Assembly (NCBI GenBank): GCA_977020255.1
Contig: CDROCS010001209.1
Coordinates: 124,001 to 188,000 of the forward strand
Origin: Obrimoposthia wandeli
Lineage: Eukaryota
Reading direction: 5' to 3'
DNA length: 64,000 nt
The notes under the pieces were generated by a model that did no database searches, was not told where the DNA came from, and saw only the letters and a program-made list of their open reading frames with translations. Every line of letters starts with the position of its first letter. Position 1 is the first letter of the stretch. A program made the translations under genes and the position numbers. Below, one piece after another: positions 54,239 through 62,394 of this stretch.

Positions 54239-54267
54239 AAAGCCTCGTCTTAGGACGAGGCTTTTTT
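54239..54267 (+). terminator. Intrinsic terminator of the tRNA-Pro array
   Basis: aaagcctcgtc-ttag-gacgaggctttttt. Confidence 0.9.
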
Positions 54268-54329
54268 CGTTTCTAGCATATATTTTTATTTATGCTTAAG
54301 CGCTTCTGTTGTTCTTCATGCTTTTAAAA

Positions 54330-55190
54330 TTAGCACTTAACCTTTTTGCTTTTTGTCAGTTGAGTAACCGTGAACCCATTCTGCTTTAACAAATTAGGTA
54401 ATCCTTTATCACCAAATAAATGGAATGCGCCTACTACAATCATAAATTTACCTTGTTGGTAAGGTGAGCCATTGGTTAATTGGTTAGCCCAGTCTTCATT
54501 ACGATCAAAAATAAGTACATTATCGATAGCTTCACTGTGTTGGCTTTCTTCAAATAGCGTGGTTAATTTTTGGCTGTCGCCTGATTTCCAAGCATTAATC
54601 AGACATGTGAATTCGCTACTCATTTTCTCCCAGTCATCAATCGATGTTGTGAGCATTTCTTTACCGTGATCGGGCATACTTTTGAGCATTGATAGTTGTT
54701 GTTCAACGCTTTCTAATTCGAGAATAGGTAGATCTTCACTCATTGCCCTTCTTAGTAAAATAGTGTCAATACCTTGCTCTGCACTCAAGCCCAATTGGGT
54801 GGCAAGTGACATTTGAATACTGATCACAGTTAACCAAGGTGGGTTTTTACTGAGGGGGGAATAAGGCAGTTTTAAGTCATTGGCAATTGAGGCGAGTTTT
54901 TCAAGCTGCTGATGATTCAGCATTGATGATGTAGTTGGCCCAGATATATCTAAAGTCGCTTGAGAGGGGCGTAGAATATTGGCTTCAACAACAAGGCTGT
55001 CAGCCGTTTTCCAATGCTCTAGAAAGGCACTGGGTAAAGGATACATATCACGAGTGCCTGCATGTACAGAGCCTAAAATAATAAATTCGCGGTTAGCGTC
55101 TTTTACTTGCCAAACAATAGGCTCGGCAAAAACGGATGTTGTGATAAATGGCAGTACCATAAGTGCTTTTGAAAACAAATTTTTGAACAT
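54330..55190 (-). CDS. ybaP: TraB/GumN family protein (YbaP-like)
   Basis: Signal peptide; GSVHAG, ELESVEQQL, RNEDW, VVGAFHL; neighbourhood as in E. coli ybaK-ybaP-copA. Confidence 0.8.
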   Translation of the reverse strand: MFKNLFSKALMVLPFITTSVFAEPIVWQVKDANREFIILGSVHAGTRDMYPLPSAFLEHWKTADSLVVEANILRPSQATLDISGPTTSSMLNHQQLEKLASIANDLKLPYSPLSKNPPWLTVISIQMSLATQLGLSAEQGIDTILLRRAMSEDLPILELESVEQQLSMLKSMPDHGKEMLTTSIDDWEKMSSEFTCLINAWKSGDSQKLTTLFEESQHSEAIDNVLIFDRNEDWANQLTNGSPYQQGKFMIVVGAFHLFGDKGLPNLLKQNGFTVTQLTKSKKVKC

Positions 55191-55277
55191 TATTGAACCA
55201 GAATTGCTTCAAGATAATTTGTTATATCAACTATATCGATAATTTACCATTGTCTGCGGGTTTTAATTGAGAGAGAG

Positions 55278-55302
55278 AAACGACCGATGAGTCGGCCGTT
55301 TT
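55278..55302 (-). terminator. Hairpin after copA and its small ORF
   Basis: aaacgaccga-tgag-tcggccgtttt. Confidence 0.65.
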
Positions 55303-55346
55303 GATTGTAATTAAATCGTGTCAGTCAATAGAGATGATTAACGGTA

Positions 55347-55427
55347 TTATTTTGCTTTCGTCGCAGGGTGTAACCAAAACCACCAGATGATAAAACCAAT
55401 AGCGAACAATCCGATAAGACAGACCAT
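55347..55427 (-). CDS. 26-aa membrane peptide directly downstream of copA, not in ORF track
   Basis: MVCLIGLFAIGFIIWWFWLHPATKAK; AGGAG RBS inside the copA 3' end; ATG 1 nt after the copA stop. Confidence 0.6.
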   Translation of the reverse strand: MVCLIGLFAIGFIIWWFWLHPATKAK

Positions 55428-55428
55428 G

Positions 55429-58326
55429 TTATTTCTCCTGCTGATTAGGTTTGAATAAACGCAAGCGGTTTGCATTACTTACCACAGTGATAGACGATAG
55501 AGCCATGGCAGCCCCTGCAATAACAGGGCTTAACAAGGTACCCGTTAATGGAAATAAAACGCCTGCTGCAATGGGAATTCCTAGTGAGTTATATATGAAG
55601 GCACCAAATAAATTTTGCTTCATATTTTCCAATGTTGCTTTTGAGAGTTGAATCGCATCAATAACACCGTGTAAAGAATGACGCATTAACGCAAATTGGG
55701 CACTTTCTATTGCAATATCACTACCGCTTCCCATTGCGATGCCTACCTCAGCCAGTGCGAGCGCTGGGGCATCGTTAATACCATCACCAACCATCGCGAC
55801 TTTGTGTCCTTGTTGTTGAAGCTCTGCTATTTTCGCTGCTTTACCATCAGGTAATACCCCTGCAATGACGGTATCAATACCAGCTTCATGGGCGATGGCA
55901 TTGGCTGTAACCAGCGTGTCACCTGTTAGCATCACCACATTAAGGTTCATTGCTTTCATACGTTTTACTGCTGAAATAGAATCTTGACGTAAGGGATCAC
56001 TCACCCCAAAAACACCAGCTAATTGGTTATCAATCGCCATATAGATAGGGGTTGCACCTTTACTGGCAATATTATGAACATCTTCTTCTGCCGCATGAAT
56101 GTCGATCTGATGTTGTTGAAGCAAACGTGCATTGCCTAATAGAAGTTGGTGTTCACTTACTTTACCGATAACACCAAAGCCAGGTTTGGCTTCGAATGAT
56201 TGCTGTTTAAGTAGTACAAGTGCTTCGGTATTGGCTGCTGCAATAATTGCACGCGCCAGAGGGTGCTCTGAACCTTGTTCAAGGCAGGCTGCTAAATTAA
56301 GTAAGTGGTCACTTTGGATATTATTGTAGGTATGAATATTAACGACTTGAGGTTTGCCTTCTGTTAGCGTTCCCGTTTTATCAAGTACAACGGTGTCGAT
56401 ATCAGCGGCAAGCTGCATCGCTTCTGCATCTCGAATTAAGATACCATATTCTGCTGCCCGCCCCACGCCGACAGTAACCGACATCGGGGTTGCTAAGCCA
56501 AGTGCACAAGGGCAAGCGATGATTAATATTGTCGTTGCTGTGATCAGCATGTAGATCGACGAGGGTTCAGGGCCAAAGTAGTACCATACCATCGCAGTTA
56601 GAATGGCAATAATCATAACGCTGGGTACGAAAATCGCTGAAATAGTATCCGCTAACCGTGCCAGTGCGGGCTTGCTGCTTTGGGCTTGGCGAACGAGTTG
56701 GATAATACGCGCCAACATGGTATTGCTACCAATCTGTTCTGCTTTAAAAATTAAGCTGCCATTTTGGTTCATTGTGCCAGCATGCAGTTTATCACCGACT
56801 TGTTTGTTGGCTGGAATGGGTTCACCGGTCAACATTGATTCATCAATATAGCTTTGGCCTTCTTCAACAACACCATCAACCGGAATTTTTGACCCTGGGT
56901 GAAGGCGTATCAGCATGCCTGCTTGTACGTCGGCGAGTGGTACTTCTTGCTCGTTTCCATTAATAATAACAATGGCTGTTTGAGGTTGTAGATCGATTAA
57001 ACGCTCTAACGCTTTTGATGTACGGCTACGGGCTTTCGCTTCAAGTGCATGCCCCACGGTAATTAGGCCTAAAATCATTGCACTTGCTTCAAAGTACACA
57101 TGACGAGCGGGCTCTGGGAAAATATCGGGTGCAATAACCACTAACATGGAAAATAGCCAAGCGGATCCTGTACCAAGGGCAACTAAGGTGTCCATGGTTG
57201 CACGGTGGTGCATGAATGCTTTCCAAGCATTAATATAGAAATGACGGCCTGCGGTGATTAATAAAATAAAGGTGATAATGCCTATTAGCCCCCAAGCCAT
57301 TTGACTGCTAGGGGAATTAATCATCATATTCCCGCCAAATAATCCCCAAGCCATCATCGGAATACCGAGACCGAGAGAAATAGAGGCATTTCGCATATGA
57401 AGGCGATATGTTGTGTCATTTTGTTTTTGTTGGCGTGCGCGGCGTGTTTGCTCATCGGCACTTAATTCAGCCCCGTAACCCGCATTGATGATGGCAGTAA
57501 TAATCTCTTGTTCAGAGGCTGTACCGGTAACTAAGGCTGTACGTTCTGCTAAATTAATATTGGCTTGCTTCACGCCTGGCACAGTTAAGATTGCTTTTTC
57601 AACGGAGGATACGCAACTTGCACAGGTCATCCCAGAAAGTAGAAATTGCAAGGTACTCGAAGAGGCATCTTCTTGTATTGGAGTGATGATCGGTGTGTCT
57701 GGTGTCTGGCTGACTTCTGTATCGTCTTGATTGACTACAGCTCCTGTGTCATCAACTCTTTTCGCCATAAATCCGAGTGATTCAATCAAAGAAATAAGCG
57801 TATCGGCTTCGGCTTGAGCCGTGATATCAGCGTGCGTTTTACTGATAGTAAAAGCACTGATAGTAGATTGTTCTGTGAGTTCATTTTCGATTTTTTTGAC
57901 GCATTTACCGCAATTTAGCCCCGATAAAGCAAAATGGAAAGTGTGTTCAGTCGGCACGGAGTAACCTAACGTTTCAATCAAGGTGATTAAGTTGGTCTCT
58001 GTGATGGCCCCTGTTACTGACACTTCCGTTTTGGTAACTGAAAAATCAGTGATTTGGTCATTATCAGCCAACGCTGCTTCTACTTTTGCGACACATTTAC
58101 CACATGATAAACCCTGAAGTGGCAATACATGCTGATAGCCTGCCTCGTAACCTAATGCTGTAATGGTTGATATGATAAGTGCGAGCTCGACGTTTCCTTT
58201 TATGATAGCGCGCTGAGTATCTACCTCAACATGCTCTATACCTAGTAAAGACGTTAAAGCAGTGTGGATTTTGTTCGCACAATTCATACAACGAACTTTT
58301 CCGAGTGGAAGGATAAATTCGGCCAT
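55429..58326 (-). CDS. copA: Cu(I)-translocating P1B-type ATPase with four N-terminal metal-binding domains
   Basis: CMNC, CGKC, CGKC, CASC; TGEP, CPC, DKTGT, HP, GDGINDAP, YN and MALSS. Confidence 0.97.
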   Translation of the reverse strand: MAEFILPLGKVRCMNCANKIHTALTSLLGIEHVEVDTQRAIIKGNVELALIISTITALGYEAGYQHVLPLQGLSCGKCVAKVEAALADNDQITDFSVTKTEVSVTGAITETNLITLIETLGYSVPTEHTFHFALSGLNCGKCVKKIENELTEQSTISAFTISKTHADITAQAEADTLISLIESLGFMAKRVDDTGAVVNQDDTEVSQTPDTPIITPIQEDASSSTLQFLLSGMTCASCVSSVEKAILTVPGVKQANINLAERTALVTGTASEQEIITAIINAGYGAELSADEQTRRARQQKQNDTTYRLHMRNASISLGLGIPMMAWGLFGGNMMINSPSSQMAWGLIGIITFILLITAGRHFYINAWKAFMHHRATMDTLVALGTGSAWLFSMLVVIAPDIFPEPARHVYFEASAMILGLITVGHALEAKARSRTSKALERLIDLQPQTAIVIINGNEQEVPLADVQAGMLIRLHPGSKIPVDGVVEEGQSYIDESMLTGEPIPANKQVGDKLHAGTMNQNGSLIFKAEQIGSNTMLARIIQLVRQAQSSKPALARLADTISAIFVPSVMIIAILTAMVWYYFGPEPSSIYMLITATTILIIACPCALGLATPMSVTVGVGRAAEYGILIRDAEAMQLAADIDTVVLDKTGTLTEGKPQVVNIHTYNNIQSDHLLNLAACLEQGSEHPLARAIIAAANTEALVLLKQQSFEAKPGFGVIGKVSEHQLLLGNARLLQQHQIDIHAAEEDVHNIASKGATPIYMAIDNQLAGVFGVSDPLRQDSISAVKRMKAMNLNVVMLTGDTLVTANAIAHEAGIDTVIAGVLPDGKAAKIAELQQQGHKVAMVGDGINDAPALALAEVGIAMGSGSDIAIESAQFALMRHSLHGVIDAIQLSKATLENMKQNLFGAFIYNSLGIPIAAGVLFPLTGTLLSPVIAGAAMALSSITVVSNANRLRLFKPNQQEK

Positions 58327-58389
58327 GTTTGTCACCTTAGCTACGAGAAGCGATAAGTGGAATTATAAAAATACCTTAATTTGATAGTA

Positions 58390-58420
58390 ACAATAAACCT
58401 TCTAGCCAGTGGAAGGTCAA
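58390..58420 (-). promoter_or_regulatory. CueR-type copA promoter with dyad operator
   Basis: Minus strand TTGACC-TTCCACTGGCTAGAAGGTT (19 bp)-TATTGT; dyad ACCTTC..GAAGGT as in MerR-family CueR promoters. Confidence 0.9.
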
Positions 58421-58553
58421 GCGCGTTATATCAAATAATTTGATGGGCGGTTTAGATGGAGGATAGTATAAGAAAAAACTTGTCAAAAAGGGGATCTTCG
58501 CGGAATAATAGCATTCCCAACCTTCCATAAGCTGTAATGTTTAAGAGGCCGAT

Positions 58554-58943
58554 ATGAATATTAGCAACGTCGCAACAAAAACAGGATTAACCACAAAAAC
58601 GATCCGGTTTTATGAAGGGAAAAGGATTATTACGGTGCCAGAGCGTAGCAGTAATGGTTACCGCCTATACGGTGAAAAGCATGTTGCAGAGTTAAATCTT
58701 ATTCGTCGCTCGCGCTTAGTGGGGTTCTCTTTAGAAGAGTGTGGTGAATTATTGGCATTATCACGCGATCCTAAACGTAAGAGTGCAGATGTAAAACAGA
58801 AAGCCCAAGAAAAGTTAATTGAAATTGATCATAAAATAGATGAATTACTGAAGATGAAAAAAACCCTGGAAACATTAACAAAACAATGCCCAGGGAATGA
58901 AGGTGCAGCATGCCCAATTATCGAGGGTTTAAGCCAGGATTAG
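58554..58943 (+). CDS. cueR: Cu(I)-responsive MerR family regulator
   Basis: TIRFYE, NGYRLY, C-terminal CPGNEGAACPII. Confidence 0.96.
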   Translation: MNISNVATKTGLTTKTIRFYEGKRIITVPERSSNGYRLYGEKHVAELNLIRRSRLVGFSLEECGELLALSRDPKRKSADVKQKAQEKLIEIDHKIDELLKMKKTLETLTKQCPGNEGAACPIIEGLSQD

Positions 58944-58950
58944 ACGTTCT

Positions 58951-59814
58951 TTAATATAAAAGAGAGTACAGCTTACGGCGATATTGCCCCGCAATTGGGT
59001 TACCTTGGCCTAATGCGGCAAGAATATCCATCATCGTTTTCTTTGCGCTACCATCTGCAAAGTTTAAGTCTTTCTGTAAAATCGTAATCAATAATTCTAA
59101 TGCTTCTTCTGTACGATTTACTTGATTGTACTGAATAGCCAGATCGAAAGAGATGGCTGAATCTGCTGGGGTCGCGGCAAGTTTCTCTTCTAATGAACGG
59201 ATTTCTGGTGAATCGCTTGCTTGCTTGTGTAATTCAAGTTTAGCCATTAAGCCTTTGTATTTTGCATCTTGATCTTGCATTAGAACCGTTGCCAGTACCG
59301 TTTCAGCTTCATCAAATTGAGCAGTTTCTACTAAACATTCAGCGATGGCAAGAGTAACAATACCTGCTTGGGGAAATGCAGTCGCGAGTTGGCGAAGTGC
59401 AGGCAGGGCTTGGGCATATTCTTTATGATCAACTTGCGTTAATGCAGCCTTTAGCTGTAATTCTTCTTGGCTTGGTAGGTGTTTATTCAGCATCTCACGC
59501 AGGCTAGCTTCTGTTTGAGGGCCAGAACTGCCATCTGCGGGCTGACCATTTTTAAACAATGCAACAGTAGGTAGGCCTTGAACGCCAAACTGTGAGGCAA
59601 CCATTTGTTGAGTTTCACAGTTAAGGGTCGCAAGAACAAGTTGCCCTTGATATTCACGAGTAATTTTCTCAAGTATTGCATTTACTTCAAGGGTCTCAGG
59701 CATCGATGGTGCCCAAAAGCTGATTGCAACCGGTGTTTGCTTTGATTGCTCAATCACTTGTTGGAGATTTTGTTCTGTCAGTTCAATCGCTAATTGTTCG
59801 TACATGCTACTCAT
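58951..59814 (-). CDS. cnoX: Thioredoxin-like/TPR chaperedoxin CnoX (YbbN)
   Basis: FWAPS, FGVQGLPTV, YRRKLYSLLY. Confidence 0.92.
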   Translation of the reverse strand: MSSMYEQLAIELTEQNLQQVIEQSKQTPVAISFWAPSMPETLEVNAILEKITREYQGQLVLATLNCETQQMVASQFGVQGLPTVALFKNGQPADGSSGPQTEASLREMLNKHLPSQEELQLKAALTQVDHKEYAQALPALRQLATAFPQAGIVTLAIAECLVETAQFDEAETVLATVLMQDQDAKYKGLMAKLELHKQASDSPEIRSLEEKLAATPADSAISFDLAIQYNQVNRTEEALELLITILQKDLNFADGSAKKTMMDILAALGQGNPIAGQYRRKLYSLLY

Positions 59815-59940
59815 CCGTAAACTGTTTAAATTTCAAATTTGTCTAAAGTTAGCGCAAAAAAGTGGGGCATTTATTTAAATAATATGGGGGGTAATTTATG
59901 TTTATCAAGAAATAGAAGGGGGGAATGTGAAGCAAAGATG

Positions 59941-59968
59941 AAAAAAGGAGAGTCATCCTCTCCTTTTT
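59941..59968 (-). terminator. Intrinsic terminator after the 23-aa ORF
   Basis: aaaaggagag..ctctcctttt followed by a U-tract on the minus strand. Confidence 0.8.
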
Positions 59969-60038
59969 AGCCTTGAAATGTTAACAGTAAAGCGAGTGTC
60001 ACACAGACACAGAGCATATTTATTTGGCGTAATGTCAT
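59967..60038 (-). CDS. 23-aa hydrophobic small protein, not in ORF track
   Basis: MTLRQINMLCVCVTLALLLTFQG; GAGG 7 nt upstream of ATG; stop abuts a terminator. Confidence 0.6.
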   Translation of the reverse strand: MTLRQINMLCVCVTLALLLTFQG

Positions 60039-60205
60039 ACCACACCCTCAGTATTTTTAGTTATTAGTCGTAGGGAGATATCGAGAAATCAGGCACAGAA
60101 GGCTCCTCTTCAATCTATACAATTAAGATAACCTGAATGTGTGACAGTAATATTACGTTATTGTTTTTTTTGTCATTACTAACGCGATAACCGTGCTTAA
60201 TGGCG

Positions 60206-60235
60206 AAGCAACCTTGTTAGACATCAAGGTTGCTT
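60206..60235 (-). terminator. Hairpin after ybbO
   Basis: aagcaaccttg..caaggttgctt. Confidence 0.65.
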
Positions 60236-60257
60236 ATAAGATCACGAATTATAAGAA

Positions 60258-61085
60258 TTAGTTACTTTTCACTAGAAGCTTATCTAACCATTGACTCGGC
60301 AATACACGACGTAGAAAGCCAAAGATATACGTGGGCTGAGTGACGTAATAACGCGGTGCGGGTTTGTTAGTGTTGATTATATCCAACAACGGCTTAAGCA
60401 CCGCTTCAGGTGTTAAGGTAAATTTATTGGTTGGTGACGATGTACCCAATCGCTCCAGTGTTTTTTTATAGCTGGCTTGGTGGCGAGAATCATCAATATT
60501 GATGTGTTTCTCAAATTGCCTTTTCGCATTATCTCTAAACTGGCTTTCAATGGGACCGGGCTCTATTAAGCTGACGTTGATCGGGGTATCCATTAATTCA
60601 AGGCGCAGTGTATCAGTGTAGCCTTCTAGCGCGAACTTACTGGCGTTGTATGCCCCTCGGTATTTCATGGCAACAAGCCCTAATACCGAACTGTTTTGAA
60701 CAATTTTACCGTGGCCTTGTTTAAGCATGAGAGGAATCACTAAGGTCGTGAGCTCATGCCAGCCAAAAATATTGGTTTCAAATTGTTCACGTAGCGCATG
60801 CGTGGGTAAATCTTCTAATGCCCCAGGCTGACCGTAGGCTGCATTATTAAATAATACATCTAATGTTCCGCCGGTAATGTCTAACGTTTCTTTTAATCCC
60901 TGTTGAATTGACTCGCTAGAGGTGAGGTCAAGCTGTACGCAATGTAGCCCTTGCGCTTGTAAGGCGGCAACATCTTTTGGGTGGCGACAGCTGGCAATAA
61001 CTTGATAACCCGCTTGATGAAGTGTGATTGCACAGTAGTAGCCAATGCCAGTGCTACAGCCTGTAATTAAAATGGAAGTGCTCAT
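60258..61085 (-). CDS. ybbO: Short-chain dehydrogenase/reductase (YbbO-like)
   Basis: TGCSTGIG, NNAAYG, YNASK catalytic motif, EPGPI. Confidence 0.88.
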   Translation of the reverse strand: MSTSILITGCSTGIGYYCAITLHQAGYQVIASCRHPKDVAALQAQGLHCVQLDLTSSESIQQGLKETLDITGGTLDVLFNNAAYGQPGALEDLPTHALREQFETNIFGWHELTTLVIPLMLKQGHGKIVQNSSVLGLVAMKYRGAYNASKFALEGYTDTLRLELMDTPINVSLIEPGPIESQFRDNAKRQFEKHINIDDSRHQASYKKTLERLGTSSPTNKFTLTPEAVLKPLLDIINTNKPAPRYYVTQPTYIFGFLRRVLPSQWLDKLLVKSN

Positions 61086-61121
61086 TGTTATCTCTCTTAA
61101 AGGTTCGCTGTAGCTGGGGAG

Positions 61122-61721
61122 TTATAAATAAGGCGCAATATTCTCAGCCATATATTCGGCAATCCATGGCTGAGCATCAGATTTAGGGTGCAAGCCGTCA
61201 TTCATCATCCATTCTTGTTTTAAAATGATCGGCTCTAAAAAGAAAGGTAACAGTGGTGTGGCTAGCTCTTTACTGAGTTGAGGGTAAATAGAACTGAACA
61301 TATCACTGTAGCGTTTACCGTAATTGGGCGGCACTTTTATCTGTACTAGCATTGGCTTGGCATCAGCATTTTGAATTTCAGTGATCATTTGGCTGAGGTT
61401 GTTACGTATAGTACCTTGAGGGAAACCACGTAAGCCATCATTCGCCCCGAGTTCAATTATGACGTAAGCTGGTTTATGTTGTTGTAATAATGTAGGCAAT
61501 CGAGCCAAGCCGTTTCCTGTTGTATCGCCTGAAATACTGGCATTTACAACCGTAATTTCATGACCTTGTTGCTTTAATGCAGGTTGCAGTAACACTGGCC
61601 AGCTTTGCTCTGCCCGCATTTGATAGCCCGCGCTCAAGCTATCACCGACAACCAGTAACGTGTTGCCCCACGCATTTAGCGAGCATAAATAGATCAATAA
61701 AACTGAAAGGATTCGCATCAT
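61122..61721 (-). CDS. tesA: Acyl-CoA thioesterase I/arylesterase, SGNH family (start reassigned to MMRILS)
   Basis: GDSLS, SGDTT, LGANDG, DGLHP; signal peptide. Confidence 0.95.
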   Translation of the reverse strand: MMRILSVLLIYLCSLNAWGNTLLVVGDSLSAGYQMRAEQSWPVLLQPALKQQGHEITVVNASISGDTTGNGLARLPTLLQQHKPAYVIIELGANDGLRGFPQGTIRNNLSQMITEIQNADAKPMLVQIKVPPNYGKRYSDMFSSIYPQLSKELATPLLPFFLEPIILKQEWMMNDGLHPKSDAQPWIAEYMAENIAPYL

Positions 61722-62394
61722 GTCAACATCCGTGATTAAGGCTGTATCTGTGTCTAAAAAAGTGATGACGGCATCGTCTTCACTTACCATCTTGCAGGAT
61801 GTTTCCCTCGAGGTCGAGCAAGGAGAAACAATTGCACTTGTTGGCGTCTCTGGCGCAGGCAAGTCCACCTTAATGACATTGTTAGCAGGGTTGGATATTC
61901 CTAGTACAGGGGAAATTGAATTATTGGGGCAGTCTTTGTCACAATTAGACGATGAAGCGCGTGCTGCTTTACGCAGTGAGGCTATAGGGTTTGTCTTTCA
62001 AAGTTTCTTATTAATCCCCTCTTTAAATGCGGTTGAAAATGTCATGTTACCCGCCATTATTAAAGGCGATGTAGGTGATGAGGCTCGAGCATCAGACTTA
62101 TTAAAATTGGTCGGTTTAGCGGGTAGAGAAACCCATTTACCTTCACAGTTATCGGGTGGTGAGCAACAACGCGTAGCCCTTGCGCGTGCATTCATGACAC
62201 GCCCTCAGGTACTGTTTGCTGATGAACCAACCGGTAACCTTGATGAGCAGACAGCGGCGAATATCATTGATTTACTTTTTGCATTAAACCGAGATCACGG
62301 CACAACCTTGGTGTTAGTGACCCACGATGCGGTACTTGCAGAGCGTTGCGATCGTACTTTACGAGTGCAAGGTGGAAAGGTGGAGGCGGCATGA
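61720..62394 (+). CDS. ybbA: ABC transporter ATP-binding protein
   Basis: GVSGAGKST, LSGGEQQRV, FADEPTGNLD. Confidence 0.93.
   Translation: MSTSVIKAVSVSKKVMTASSSLTILQDVSLEVEQGETIALVGVSGAGKSTLMTLLAGLDIPSTGEIELLGQSLSQLDDEARAALRSEAIGFVFQSFLLIPSLNAVENVMLPAIIKGDVGDEARASDLLKLVGLAGRETHLPSQLSGGEQQRVALARAFMTRPQVLFADEPTGNLDEQTAANIIDLLFALNRDHGTTLVLVTHDAVLAERCDRTLRVQGGKVEAA

Noticed and set aside
61722-61868. 49-residue N-terminal extension of TesA in the ORF track
   Set aside because: It is antisense to ybbA coding sequence; the signal peptide starts at MMRILS (61721).
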